This document shows positions 31,145-44,558 of a stretch of 64,000 nucleotides of DNA, in pieces. The stretch comes from Eledone cirrhosa. Its lineage: Eukaryota. The notes beneath the pieces are model-generated. The model did not search any database. It was given only the letters and a program-made list of their open reading frames with translations, and was not told the DNA's origin. The translations under genes were made by a program, and so were the position numbers. The number at the start of each line of letters is the position of its first letter. Positions within the stretch are counted from its first letter, which is position 1. Location: assembly GCA_964016885.1 (NCBI GenBank), contig OZ024747.1:25172001-25236000 (forward strand), read 5' to 3'.

Positions 31145-32906
31145 TAATATATTTTGTAGTTGTACTTGTCTGGCAAGTGACTTTATCTAAGACAATGTGT
31201 TGAAACTAAAGCAATTATGAGGTAGAAGAGTGATTTTTAATCATTAAAAAATTGCTCTAGTTTAATATAAAATAATAATGATATAAAAAAATGTGTGCAT
31301 AAATTTGTGAAAGCTTTTCATGTACAAAATCATTAAGTTTTTTTTTTTTAAAGTTTGTTTTTGTTTATTCATTTGTTGCCATAACTACAAGTTAAAAAAG
31401 AAAATAAACCAGTCTGTAGAAACTAGTGACAGTCAATAAAAGTTTTTTTTTAATCTCATATTCTTTTTATTAAGTAATTTTAAAAATATTTTTGTTTCTT
31501 TGATCAACTCTTATTCATATTCTGGAGGATTCATATTCATTTTCACACATACTAGCTGGGCTTGGCTTAAGATCATTCTTTAAGTGTGGATATTTGCATA
31601 TGAATTGCTGAAGCACGTGTTTTTACAGATGGATTGCTAGTCATTCAACCATAAAGTGGGAATGGCAATTCATTTTGCAGCTGGATGTGACTGGGGCAAG
31701 TAGTGTAATAGGACAAGTGCAATGACTAGCAAAATTTGAATTCATCAGCTTACCTTTTGTAGATCAACCAGTCTCTTAACGACCACTGTGCCTATTGGGG
31801 CTCATAATCTTATATATTCCATGGATGTTGAACTCTTAATGGAGTCATAGGTGCACCTACAAGAAGATGAGTGGTCCAGGCTAGAACACATTTGATCATT
31901 GGTCTACTCAGTCTGGACTAGATAGTAAAGGGAAAATGTTTTTATTCATGGGCACAGCATTATATTTTCAGGAAAAGAAAATGGAAACTTGTGATATTCA
32001 TGTTTTTTTGTATGTTATTCTTTTTGATTCCTTTTGCTACCTATGGAGAATTGGGTGATGAGAGATCTCCATTCTGCACAGTTGCAAGCCTACTCCTCAG
32101 CAGGCCTACATATCCCACTGTAAGGTTTTTCTCCACATACCTCAACCAGGTCTTCATATGTCTGGCTTACGTTTTTAGCCCCCCCCCCCTTTTTTTTTCT
32201 GGCTATTACTCAAGAGGATCTCATTAGTCTCTTCATGGGCTTGTATAACCAAGCATCTACGATCTTACAGTGATGGTATTCCGTAGGTTACTCAGCTTAG
32301 CCTTTTTACGAAAGCAAAACTGAGTTCAACCCTCTGCTGAAAACTTCAAGATTGTATGTTTCAGACGTTTTTTTTTTTTTTTTTTTTTTTTATTGCACGT
32401 CGTAAGTGTTGGTGCCAGGAGGAGCATCCAGCTGTAAAACATTTTTTCAAAAAGGACCCCATGATAAGTTTGAAACCTTTTGTGGAGCCTCCACATCACT
32501 AACCCCCCGCTTTAGAATGGGAAAATGGCCTCAACCCTTTCATTATCAAGAAAGACACTGCTTATAATTTTGAAAATAATGAAGAATAGGGAGGGATTTA
32601 GTAATACAACTGATTTTCTCACAGTAGTGGTCTTTACATAAAATTATGATTAAAAGTTTTCAGATAAATATAAACTCTTTAAAATGAACAGTTTTGTATG
32701 ATATAACCTAGGAGGGTTTCAGTTATTGGTTTGGTTTCAGTGATAATGAGAATAAGGGATTAGGAAGAGCACTATTATAATCTTTAGCCCTCTGTATATA
32801 GAACCAAGGGTTGTTCCAGGCAGTTTGATATCAAAAGGGTTTAAATGGTTGCTGTTGCTGTATTTATATATATTTTATTCTAAAACATTTCTTTTTTAAA
32901 TTTTAG

Positions 32907-33212
32907 GGTCGGATCAAGCTTGACGTTGGTGGCCATGAATTCACCACATCAGTGTTTACACTCACCCAAGTTCAGGATTCTATGCTGGCCGCAATGTTTA
33001 GCGGACGACACGAGATAAAACACGAAGTCGATGGCAGTGTATTTATCGACCGAGACGGAACCCACTTTCGCTACATTCTCAACTATCTAAGGGACAGTGA
33101 CTACAGTTTTGAAGCCTTGCCCCGCAGCAAACAGATCTTGCGAGAACTGCGCAATGAGGCCATATTCTACCAGCTGCCTGGACTAGTGCAGCAAATCGAG
33201 AAGTTGTTGTGA
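32907..33212 (+). CDS. KCTD-like BTB/POZ protein, last coding exon (T1-type BTB domain, KCTD7/14-like)
   Basis: Acceptor ttttAG, phase 0. GRIKLDVGGHEFTTSVFTL...DSMLAAMFSGR...FIDRDGTHFRYILNYLRD...EAIFYQLPGL is the canonical KCTD BTB signature. Spliced CDS is 685+344+306 = 1335 nt (444 aa + stop). Confidence 0.93.
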   Translation, partial: GRIKLDVGGHEFTTSVFTLTQVQDSMLAAMFSGRHEIKHEVDGSVFIDRDGTHFRYILNYLRDSDYSFEALPRSKQILRELRNEAIFYQLPGLVQQIEKLL

Positions 33213-33898
33213 CATCATCGTTGCCTCCTCATTCGAACACCACCACCACCAGTGCGGCAGTACTGTTGTGTCTTACAACCTTGTAGGTTCGCCAACATCA
33301 TACCTTTGTTTTTTTTATATATTCAAATCCACAGTAGTAGGCATAAGGGCTACCACAATAGCCCTCCTTCACCTCCGTCTCCTCCTTGCCCCTCTACTTC
33401 AGGTTGTTGCACCCTCCTGTCTGTCTGTCTGTCACTGTTCTTTCCCTGTATTATGTGTAGTGGATAGGAGATTCTGAGCTCTGACCACCACCACCTACCT
33501 TCTTTGAACATGCCACACTACTCACACGCTTGGATACAGAATCTTCACGTTGCACACTTCATGTTTATCAAGTTTTATATCTGAGTATGTTGTGGTTGTT
33601 GTTTAGGAAATGATGTTATGCATACACACGTGAGTGTGTGTATGTGTATATATATACATATATGCATGTATGTATGGACATATATTTGTGTGTGTGTGTG
33701 TGTGTGTGTAGTACATGTTCTTCATAGTCATTAGCATTTCCTCTGCAGATATAAAAATTCCATAGATGACATATTTTTGTTTACTTTTCTTTGCTTTTTT
33801 TTTTTTTTCTTTGGCTATTTGTCTTCCCCTTCTCCATGTTCCCTATCATCATATTTCATTGTATTGGGAGACTGGAAATGTAAAAGCTACATTATTCA

Positions 33899-34090
33899 GG
33901 GCAGTGGATTGTCAGTATCGGTAGAGCGTCAGACACCATGGTTTGCAGCATAGTTATGACCCTTTACGTTCTGAGTTCAAATCCTGCCGAGGTTAACTTT
34001 GCCTGTCATCATTACGGGGTCGATAAAATAAAGTACCAGTAATGTACTGGGTAATTGCTGGCCTTGTGCCAAAAGTAGAAACAATTATTA
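33899..34090 (+). mobile_element. tRNA-derived SINE (family A), immediately followed by a family-B SINE (34095-34410)
   Basis: Near-identical to 1820-2010. Confidence 0.85.
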
Positions 34091-34449
34091 AGTGGGAGCA
34101 TGTGACAGTAGTTAGGATGTTCACCTCACAATCCTATTGTCATGAATTCAGTTCCCTGCAGCACATTGTGTCCCTGGGTAAGACACTTTATTTCACATTG
34201 CTCCAGTCCACTCAGCTGGAAAAAAATGTGTTGTACCTTATCACACATACACACACATGCACACACACTTTGTCATGCTGAATCTTCCAGAGAACTATGC
34301 TAAGGCTCTGTGGAATACTCAGCCACTTGCAGGTTAATTTCACGAGCCGGCTGTTCTGTTGATCGAATCACTTGGGACACTCATTGTCAGAACTAACGGA
34401 AGTTCAACATGTACTTCATTAACCTTCATCCCAGTCACTCTGTCTGTCT

Positions 34450-34533
34450 CATTCAGTTCTACACTCCCATGCTGCCTAGTAAACTTCACATTCATTCAGT
34501 TCTACACTCCCATGCTGCCTAGTAAACTTCACA
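34450..34533. repeat. Exact 41-bp tandem duplication (period 43)
   Basis: cattcagttctacactcccatgctgcctagtaaacttcaca occurs twice. Confidence 0.9.
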
Positions 34534-34994
34534 AAAATCACATTTTAGAGCAACCATTTCTCTATATGTAAACTGCTGCCTGTCACAGGCACCTTTCCTT
34601 TAACAACAACAACAAAAATCTGTTGTTGTTATTATTATTACTATTATTATTGATATTATTATTATGAAAATTATGAAAATATAGATCTCTTAAATATCTG
34701 CTGCTGTGTCAAGTTATTCTTCTCTTTGTTTTCTTTTTCTCTCTCTCTTTTTTTTTTAATTATTTTTTTCAGCAGCAAAAAAAGCAACATTGTGACTCCA
34801 CCTGGTTTTCTCATTAGCTCAAATCTTTTGCTTGCTACATACAGTCAGTGTTGTGACCCCCTAGGTAAAGCAATATTATTCTACTTGCAATAAGGTGAAC
34901 TTTAACTTTAAAATAACTAACCCTCACACCCACTTCTATTGTTATAGAGTTAATAGTTAATATTATAAAGGTCCAGGGTTGGCACTCCCATTAA

Positions 34995-35182
34995 CCCTTT
35001 AGCATTTACATTACTCTATATACAGTATTGTATTTTCGCGGTAAAGGCTTTATCTCACATAATATCTAATCTATGAGATTTTGATATTATTTATTTTGAG
35101 AACAATACCTTAACATCAGTATGAGTGGCTGGTTTGAACTGAAAGAGGTCAGAGAATTCTGGCCAGTTTAAGTGCTAAAGGG
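34995..35182. mobile_element. piggyBac-like MITE
   Basis: TTAA|CCCTTTAGCA ... TGCTAAAGGG|TTAA. Confidence 0.8.
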
Positions 35183-35979
35183 TTAAGCCACGTAGGGTGC
35201 AAACATCAGAGAAATAATGCATTACTGAAATTTAGATGATCACAGTTTTCTACATGTTTGTATTAGTTATATAATAATTCCCTGAAATCAATAAATAGCT
35301 CAATGGTTCACAATATGCAATGTGCCACCCTTATGTTCCTCTTCCCTTCTTAATGAAGGTTTTAGAGATAATTGAAGAGGAAGCAAAATAATTTTAAAAT
35401 CATCCCCTCCTAAATGAGTACATAATTGTCATATAATATCGTAAAAGTGATATCAAAAGGGGAAATCTTCGAATTTTATCAGACCCTTGGTCTGACTGGA
35501 AAATGTGTAGACAACTTTAAATTTTTTATTAAAAAGTTGGTAGTTAGAAACTTGTGTATTTAATTAGCTATATCATCATGCCAAATTAAAAGATAAAGAT
35601 TAGGTACTTAATCTTAGTACCAGACTGAAGCAGACATCTTTTAAAACTGGTTCAAGCATCTGGGTGGCTAACACATGGCTGACTCCTGAGGGCCAGAAGC
35701 GCATTTTCATTGCTCAGCTAAGGTGTTCCATTTTAATTTCAATCTTTATCCAGCAGCTGTGACCAGTTTTTTGTGACATTTTTTCAGCTCTTACCCAGCT
35801 CAACAGCCCACTAGGCATTGCCCAAATTCCAATATGGCCAGTCTGTCTCTGACACCAGGCTATATTTTAAATATAATTAACTTGCTCTAGCAAGTTAATT
35901 ATTAAAATTTTGAAAAACTATTCCACTACACATGGTAATAACATGAATAAATAAATTTATTATTAGCACTGACCAGAGA

Positions 35980-36500
35980 AGGGAATTAGCAAAGTTGTTG
36001 GGGTGTCAGAGACAATACTTAGCGTTATTTGTTCCAACTCTTGCTGTTCTGAGTTTAAATCTTGCTGAGGTCAATTTTGCTTTTCATCCATCAGGGATTG
36101 ATAAAATAAAGTACCAGTCTGAGTTTAAATCCTGCCGAGGTCAACTTTGCTTTTCATCCATCAGGGATTGATAAAATAAAGTACCAATCAAGTACTGGAG
36201 TCAGTTTAATCGACTTGACTCACTTTCCAAAATTGCTAGTTTTGTGCCTAAATTAGAAACCATTATTATTAAAAGTGCATTCGATTGTTAGAAACAGAAC
36301 ATCAGACAAAATGCCTTGTAGCATATAATTATGGCTCTTTACATTCTGTGTTCAAATTTGGCTGCCGAGGTCAACTTTGCCTTTCATTCTTCTGGGATTA
36401 ATAAAATAAAGTACCAGCCGAGTACTGGGGTCAATTTAATCGACTTTTTCCTTTCCCTGAAATTGCTAGCCTTGTCATTGACAGAAATAATTATTAGCAC
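35980..36500 (+). mobile_element. Cluster of older family-A-related SINEs with an internal ~70-bp tandem duplication
   Basis: gaggtcaactttgc...gataaaataaagtacca appears three times (~36068, 36137, 36367). Confidence 0.75.
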
Positions 36501-37429
36501 TAATCCTGTTACTGTATATACTAGCTTTTGGATTAATTATGTACCACATTTCTGGCAGTTAAGTTTTGGAATTTCCTCTCCAAACTTTCTTTACCATATT
36601 TCTAATCAGACATGCCAAAATAATTTAAAACCATTCCTCCTGCTAAACTAAGGATTAACCCTGGGGCCCCAGAGTCTTTTTGTGGCAATGTTTTGCAGCT
36701 GGATGCCCTTTCTGGGGGCCAACTCTTTTCATCACCTCTTACAACACATTAGATACAGAATAGATTAGACGCACATTAGATATAGAATAGATACACATTG
36801 TATCAATAACATAAATGAAAGGACTGTTAAACAGTTAACATAGAAAGAAAAGATGTTCTAGTAGTTTTATTTATATATATATATATTTATTTCCTTAACC
36901 AGTGGCATTACTGAATGGAAGTTATGAGTTCAATATTCATAGGGTGGTGGATTGGCAGAATTGGTGTTGCATCAGATAAAATGCCATTGCTTGAGTTGAA
37001 ATCCTGCCAAGGTGAACTTCACCTTTCATTCTTCCAGGGTTGATAAAATAAAGTACCAGTCAAGTATTAGGTGTTGATTTAATAAATTATGCCCTTCCCC
37101 CTAAATTAGAAATCAATATTTATTGCAGACTTTCATTATGTGTTTCTAGGCATAGAACAATTAATTCTGCAGACTTCATTTTTAATGGATGAAGAGATCT
37201 ACCAGGAAAATTGTTACACATAAGAATTTGGCATTTTCTCCAGTTGGGGATTAAACTCTCCTCTCATCTTCTCCATGGAGATAAACACTGTGGCTTTGAG
37301 ATTTTTCTTTGTTTTGTTTTTGATGTTTATTGTGGTTTGTAAGGATATAATTTATCATTACTTTTATTTCTTTGAAGGGGGTGATGATGAAGCAGCAGAA
37401 AAAAGCCAGAAGAACAAACATTGAATTAA

Positions 37430-37829
37430 CTCTTAACGTTCTGTACTACATGAAACCATATTATCAAGACATTTAAAATTAAATTCTGCAAATTTTCATG
37501 GTGATCTGTCCACTAGTAATGATGCTCTAAACATTTGAATTAACAAATCTGCTTTTAAGTATTTTCTTCTAAATCATTACTGGATGTTAAGAGTTAACTC
37601 TTAACTCTCTGTGGCACATGAAATCACATTAGTAAGGCATTCTTGAAAAGTATAAAACAGCAGTATGGCTGCATCACATTAAAAATGAATGTCTTTACAA
37701 ATTAAAGTCTTTTCTCTAATACTACAAATTTTCACAGTGATCTGTCTTCTAGTTAAGATATGCAAATCATTTGAATTAACACACCTGGTTTTGAATATTT
37801 TCTGCTAATTCGTTACAGGATGTTAAGAG
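37430..37829. mobile_element. Head-to-tail dimer of TTAA-specific MITEs
   Basis: TTAA|CTCTTAAC...GTTAAGAG|TTAA|CTCTTAAC...GTTAAGAG|TTAA (units 37430-37593 and 37598-37829). A related inverted copy lies at ~18220-18425. Confidence 0.8.
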
Positions 37830-40020
37830 TTAAGTGCCTTATAGAATTTTGTTTCTTTAATCATCAATCTGATTTTAAATTATATCACGGTCGACTGAGG
37901 TAAATAAAATAAGTGCCAGTCATGTACTGTGCTTAGTTCAATCAATTTACACATTTCTGGCCTTGTTCCAACAATGTAAGGAATTATTTCTTCTGTGGAA
38001 AGATGAAGCAACCTCATAAATATCTTCTCCATGAATAGATTATATATTGAAAGTTCTACCAGTAAAACTGCACCATATACTTGAGCTAATCATCTTATTC
38101 TTTTGGATACAGACTACCTTCATTGTTATACCTTTGGATTAAAAAAAATAATTTGATTATATAGCTGCAATTGAACTGTTAAACCAATTTATTTGCTGGT
38201 AATCTTTTGATTTAAGATCACAAACACTTCCAGCAAACTTTGTAAAAACACAGCAACATTCAACATCATCATCCTATGTTTGCATGGGTTGGATAGGGTT
38301 TTTTTTCCAGCAGAGCCCCCTCCATTCATTGTGTTTCTTCATCATCTCCTCTGTGAGGTTCAGTGTCATGAGATCCATTCTTATCACTTCTAACTAGATC
38401 TTCCACAACTGCAGCTTTATCATAAATGAAAAGAAAGTGAACATTGCCAGATTTATCTGTATAAGTCCAAACAGTTTATTATGAAAGAAAATTATACTTA
38501 TCAAAGAAAATAAAATATAAAACCAAAAATAAAAATTGATTATTTGTTATCAAAGAAAATAGGTAAAATTTAAATTATAAAGTATGTATGAACCCTTAGT
38601 CCTGATGGAGTCATAGGGGCACCATTATGACCTTAGACACTTTCAACCTGGCAGAACCAATCCCCTCTCCAAATCTTAACATAGCTGATTTCTTCTGGAG
38701 AAGGAAAGTGAAAGTAAGAGAAAGAAACAGAATTTACCCTAGTGCTGGACTGGTATATTTTTTCTCAACCTCGAAAGGATGAAAGGTAAAGCAGAATTTG
38801 AACTCATAAAGCACAGCCAGCCAAAATGAATACCATGAAGCATTCTCTCTGACGTCCTAATGCCTCTGCCACTTCACCATCTTTTAATCATAATGTAGTA
38901 ATGCCTAATACATTTCAAAAGTATTATGTTGGTGACTACTGAGCTAGCAAAATTCTTGTCATTATCATTGGTGGAGATTGTTGGAAGTGTTTGTGATCTT
39001 AAATCAAAAGATTATCCATTTGCCTATAACTTGTGTTCAATTCTTCTCCTTTGATTATTTTGCATGTTTCAGTCAGTAGACAGCAGTCATTGTGGGGCAG
39101 TGTTGATTTAGTCAATCATATCAGCCCCAGTACTTATGTTTTCAAGTCTGGCACTTATTTTAATGATCTCTCTTGTCGAATTACGAAGTTAAAGAACATA
39201 AACACACACAAAATGAGGTTGTGCAGTTTTCATCTACCAAATTCTTCTTACAAGGCATTGGTTGACCCAAGGCTATAATAGGAGATGCTTACTTTAACCA
39301 CTCAGCTATGCCTGCACATGTGAAGACTTTTTTTTTATCGGCAGTCAAAAATTTCAACTGTATATGTATGGGGATTAGTTGGCATACATGCTTGCATACA
39401 ATACATTCATAGCTGTTAAGTGCTCTACCAGCAAGAAATAGTTGGGGGTTTGTGTCTGTTAAGTACTTACCCTGTAACACATAGGAGAAACTCTAAACAG
39501 CCCACTGACATGGCCTTAATAAACTAATATATAAATATATTTATATGAGATTATAAACCAAAAATTAGCACAGATGCAGCATACATGAAACCAATTATGA
39601 CTCCCATGACCCTTTGAGACCACTGCTAAGCATTATAATTCTGGAGATGGGGCTGTGAAAGTCGTAAAACGTTAATACATACATGAATTTAAGAACTCTA
39701 CTGTTCCAAACTTGACACAAAAACCTAATAAAGACATATGGAAATTTTTAAGTAAAAATTATCAAACTGGAGCGCAATAATGTTTTCAATATAACATGTT
39801 TAAAAGAAAAGTTGTTTCCTACTTACACAAAAAAAGAACACACACAGACACCTATCTATATGTATTATGTCCATATGTTTGAGTTTATAAGCATGAAGTA
39901 CTCAATACCCACGTAGAAAACATCATCATCATCATCAAGGTAATCTTAGCAATATATGTATATATTTATTTATTATAAAGAGTCAGGACTCTGACGACTG
40001 AATTTTTGTTGTTTGAACAA

Positions 40021-40156
40021 TATTATTTCTGAAGACAGCATATATATGTGTAGGTATGTATATTCCTTCTGATAGTTTGTAAAAATTTTACATAGCTCTA
40101 TAGGATATGCATACCAACACTAACATATATATCCTAGAAACGATCGTAAAATGATG
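40021..40156 (+). ncRNA. Type-I hammerhead ribozyme with extended stem II
   Basis: UAUUAUUU-CUGAAGA(40029)-long stem II (auauauaugu/acauauauau)-GAAA(40137)-CGAUCG-UA|AAAUGAUG. Stem III ACGAUCGU is a perfect palindrome; the base of stem II is mutated. Confidence 0.7.
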
Positions 40157-40358
40157 AATTTTTTAATATAAGGAACTGTTTCTTTGTTTATTCATTATTT
40201 TTATTAATTTATCTTGATTCTGTTTTCCTGTATTTTTCATCGAAAAAAATTCTTGAATACATCTTCTCTTTTCATGATATTCGGATTACATTGAGTTCTT
40301 CATACGGATTGGACACTACCGTACATTTTGGTAGATTTATCTATATATATATATATAT

Positions 40359-41570
40359 ACTGAGTAGCCTGTTGTTGCCAGACAATAATCAGTATAGTAT
40401 CCCTTTATTTAAAATTTTCTTTTTATTCCATGTCTTCCCCAAAAGATAGTCTCCTTGATGAGGACGGATTTCTTTATTAATTAGGTCAATTTATAATATT
40501 TGTATAAACAAAGTTCGTTGTTTTTCCATCTGGTGCATAGATGTAAAAAGAATTTCTGACTTTCTACTCTTGAACATCCAATGTAAGCAGCACTTTTCAA
40601 CTTGTAAACTAGCAACTGAAAATGTTTGTCCTTCTGATTTATTGATGGTCATGGCATAACTAAGACCCACTGGAAATTGAAGTTGTTTGAATTGAAATGG
40701 GACATCAGTGGGGATAAGAGGAATTCTTGGAACGAACACATCCTCTCTTCTAGCACATCCTGCTAAAATGGTGGCTTGAATCACGTGTGGGTATATATTT
40801 TTCACAAGCAATCAAGTGCTGTTGCATAGCCTTGGTGGGTCCAAATTCCTCAATGAAGGACATGTGGAGACATTCCTGATGGCTTTAAAGAGTTTAGGAA
40901 CTCTGTTGGATAATTGATAGCTTTCGACTGTTCCACCACAGTGTTGACATTGATGATGCTTTGAAACCTTTAGAATTCTTTTTAACAGCTCTTGATTTAC
41001 TAATTTCAGTCACATTTTTCAGAGCCGATATAACCCTTACACTGAGCCACTTTTGAACTGATATTCAGATTAGGGAACACTTTTTCTATGAAATGGAATA
41101 ATGATTCCACCATCGTGCTTATGGGACTTATATCAATAGCTCTCTTTCTTTCTACAGGAAGTCTTCCGTTCCCAGGCATTAATAGATTCTGGGTGAACTG
41201 CTCTCATATTTGTAGCGAGCTTCAAAACTTTGATAGTCCAAAGAGTTGGATTTTTTTCAAACCGGCTCAGGTTTGATCAATCCTATAGCCTTTTGGAATG
41301 ATTAAGAGTTTGTCTAAAATCTCCTACTACTACTATCACAACCGCCACCATTGAAGATATAGAGAGAGGTATTTTGGCAGTTGTGTATTCTAATGATATT
41401 GGCAGTCTTGAAGTTGATTTATATCTCATAACAATTACCTTTTTTGATAACTAACAAACCTAAAATATTCTCATTGGGACGCAAATTTCGAAAATAAAAA
41501 ACGTTTTTCTCTAGGATGCACCGTTTCGGAGCCTTTGAGAGACATACATACTATTATATATATATATATT
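40359..41570 (-). mobile_element. Helitron remnant (Pif1-family helicase fragments)
   Basis: VVVGDFRQTL (~41310) and VPRIPLIPTDVPFQFKQLQFPVGLSYAMTINKSEGQT (40491-40811) are Helitron Pif1 helicase motifs. A degenerate 3' end lies near 40360. Boundaries approximate. Confidence 0.85.
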
Positions 41571-43149
41571 GCTGAGATTACCTAATGTTTTCTACGTGGG
41601 TATTGAGTACTTTATGCTATATATATATATAGTGTCTTTCCCAAATGACGTCAATATGATTGTCTGCGTGAACAAACATTTGTCTGTCTATCTTTGCCTG
41701 CCTATATTTAGTGACTAAAAATTTCTCACTCTCTCTCTGTTATGTCACATTAAGGTCAGACCGACTTGTTCTCCGCATTTCTCTGATCTCTCTAAACATT
41801 TCCTTAAAAAAAATATAACCGCGTGGGTAGGTGGAGATGAAATAAAAATAGAAATAGAAAACTATAAAAGTTTTAAATATGTAATGTGCAGTTCATGGCG
41901 TGCAAGGTTTCCTTCTGCTAATCCAACTTCCCCATTTTCATGTTCATCACTTCCCTTTGATCTCCAATCTGGGAAAAACGGGTAATTTTTTAACACATCA
42001 AAGGAGACCTTTTATTGCTTCAGCTTTCTCCTTTTTTTCTCTTCAGTCTTCTTCCCCAGTCTACTAAGTGTGTTTTCCTTTCTTCTTCTTCACTATCATC
42101 ACAACAATATTCTCCAATAGAGTTTAAAGCAGACATTTCTTTTATAAAGCCTCTACAGACCCTTCTCCCGCCTCTGAGTTTAAATAATGTATGTGTGTGT
42201 GTGTGTAGTCAATCCTTTGAAAGATGTACTGAAAACTACTGCATTATCTAGTTTTATCGGTTTTATCAATTATATTTTCGTATGGGTTTCTTACAGTCTG
42301 TTCCTATTTTCACCATCAACTTTTAGACATTTAGTCAATTTTTAGACTTTCGCAATCTCATCTTCTAAATGAAGAGGTCTTGGTGGCTATTGACATTGCC
42401 AATCGTCATCAGTATTATCGTCGTCTCATCTCACATCTATTTTCCTTGCGGCATGGGTTGGACAGGTCGCTATAGTCTGAGTCATTCTTATTTGGATTCA
42501 TTGTCTCTTAAGGGGGTTTGGGTGATGATGTCTCACCAATACGTTTCATTTTTGGCATGGTTTCTATAACCCGATGCCCTTCCAGCAACCACTCTATAGT
42601 GTACTGAATACATTTTGTAATTACAGTTGTAAGGAAGTTATGTCCTTGCTGTGGCTAAAGAGCCCTCTCTACCTTATGCTGCTACTGTTCGATCTTCAAT
42701 CACTTTACAGAGTGTACTGGGTGTATTTTATAATGGTATCTACACCAGAGAGATTGCCTTGTGGCCTGCAAAACTAAGGTTCTCTCTACTCCACAGTCTC
42801 CATTCTTTCAAGCTAATAAAAAAGGAGTGATGACCACGAAGGGGAAATAGGAAAGTATTAATATGAGCGAGTATGTATTTAACTTTTAACTTTTCAAGGC
42901 TGTAGCCCAGTATGGCCATAATCCAATGACTGCAAAATATATTTGTGCGTTTGTTGACTCCGTTGGGGAGAGCGATAGAGTTGGAAAGTACCGAAATCAT
43001 TGAGATTTTCAGTTGACAGTTGATAAGGGGTCAAGCAGTGCAAGCTGTATGTAGAATATTATGTGTATGGGATCTGAGTGAGTCTTGTAAATACTGAGAT
43101 TATAAAGTTTAAACATTTAGCGATTGACACAGTATTTAAATAGAGCGTA

Positions 43150-43750
43150 GCGTGATGTCGCTATGGATCCACCGTGGACTCTTTCGGACTCCGCCCGCTT
43201 TCCTGTCGCCACAGTGTCGGCCGCCTTCCACGCCATGCTGCCTTCAACGAGGTCACTAAGCATGGCTTGGACGCTGCAGGCTTCCCCTCCCAGCTCGAGC
43301 AGGTGGAGCTGGACCGAGGGGATGGCAAAAGGCCAGACGGTGGCAAACCCTCGTCTGGGATGCCACTTTCAGCGACACTTTCTCTAGCTGCAACCTGGTT
43401 CAGTCTGCGACTAACCCAGGTACTGCTGCACATCGGGTTGAGGAGGCCAAACTCTCCAAGTACCGGTCGCTCTCCGACAGGTTCGCGGTCGTGCCCTTGG
43501 CAGTGGAGACTTCTGGTGTTCTTGGCCCTAGGACTACCTCCCTAGTCACCTCGATAGGCGCTGAGCTGGCCAGCCGCAGGTGTGAGCCTCGCGAGTTGGA
43601 ATGGCTCTTCCAGCGCATCTCCCTTACCATCCTCCGGGGAAACGCCTTCTCCATCCTGTCCGCCGGGGTTGTGGGGAGGCCAGCACGTGGGACCCCATTT
43701 GCTCACCATACGGATTAATAGGCAAAGTTATAAACTATTGTAAATAAATA
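43150..43750 (+). mobile_element. CRE-clade non-LTR retrotransposon 3' fragment (zinc knuckle + restriction-like endonuclease)
   Basis: CRYGSTVDSFGLRPLSC..GRLPRHAAFN...KRPDG...PLAVETSGVLGP...EWLFQRISLTILRGNA. Frameshifted. Confidence 0.85.
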
Positions 43751-44342
43751 ATTATTGTAGCTTGCTTTTTTTTTTATTTAATACATTCAGTAAAACCTTC
43801 CATTACATCAATCAATATTTTTATGAAGAATCGCCATTTTTGTTTTCAAGATTTTTTTCTGAAAACTTTAAAATAATAATTTTAATAAAACTTATACAAA
43901 TTTAAAAATAACTTACTACAGTCGAAAATTTGTAAAATAAATCAATTTTCTTAAATGTTAATAGGGTCAAAGTAAGCCACAACGTGGCATCTACAGAAGA
44001 AATAAGTCGGAGAAAGAAAGTAGGTGGATATAAAAGAAAAGAAATGTAGCTGATCTGTCGTATAACAATAGTAGCCTTTCTTTCTTTCTGTGTCGTATTT
44101 CACGTTGAAGTAATTTGTAAATCTTTGTTGTTTTTCAATCATGAACCAATGAGAGTGGGATGGGGTGGGGGTCACTGGCTGGCACTATCTGTCCGCTACT
44201 TTTCTATGGTGCAGCCTCTGATTTAGAAGCTATAGTTTATTTATATATATATAATAATAATGTAGTAATAAACACAGTAAATCGTGTGTCTAAAATTACG
44301 AGGGCTGAAATACCACGTTGGTTTGACAAATTTATATATATA

Positions 44343-44558
44343 CAGTAGCGTAGCTAGAGTGGTGGGGATCTGCTGTAGGCTTTAAGCGTTCTTTTAATAC
44401 TGCAGCATTATATTATAATTGTATACTCACTAGTTTATATATATATATATATATCCCTTTAAGAATGAGTCATTGAGCAATATGTATTTTTTGTGAGGGC
44501 CCGGAGGCGGCAAAATGAAGGGCTACCCCGGGCGGCACGCACTCTAGCTACGTTACTA
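44343..44558. mobile_element. hAT-like MITE in (TA)n
   Basis: TIRs CAGTAGCGTAGCTAGAGTG / CACTCTAGCTACGTTACTA with TATATATA flanks. Confidence 0.75.

Larger units (their letters stand above)
39890..41618. mobile_element. Inverted-repeat-bounded Penelope-like/hammerhead element interrupted by a Helitron
   Basis: 34-bp inverted repeat with 1 mismatch (39890-39923 / 41585-41618), plus a further ~20-bp match (39938 / 41562-41583). Confidence 0.7.
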
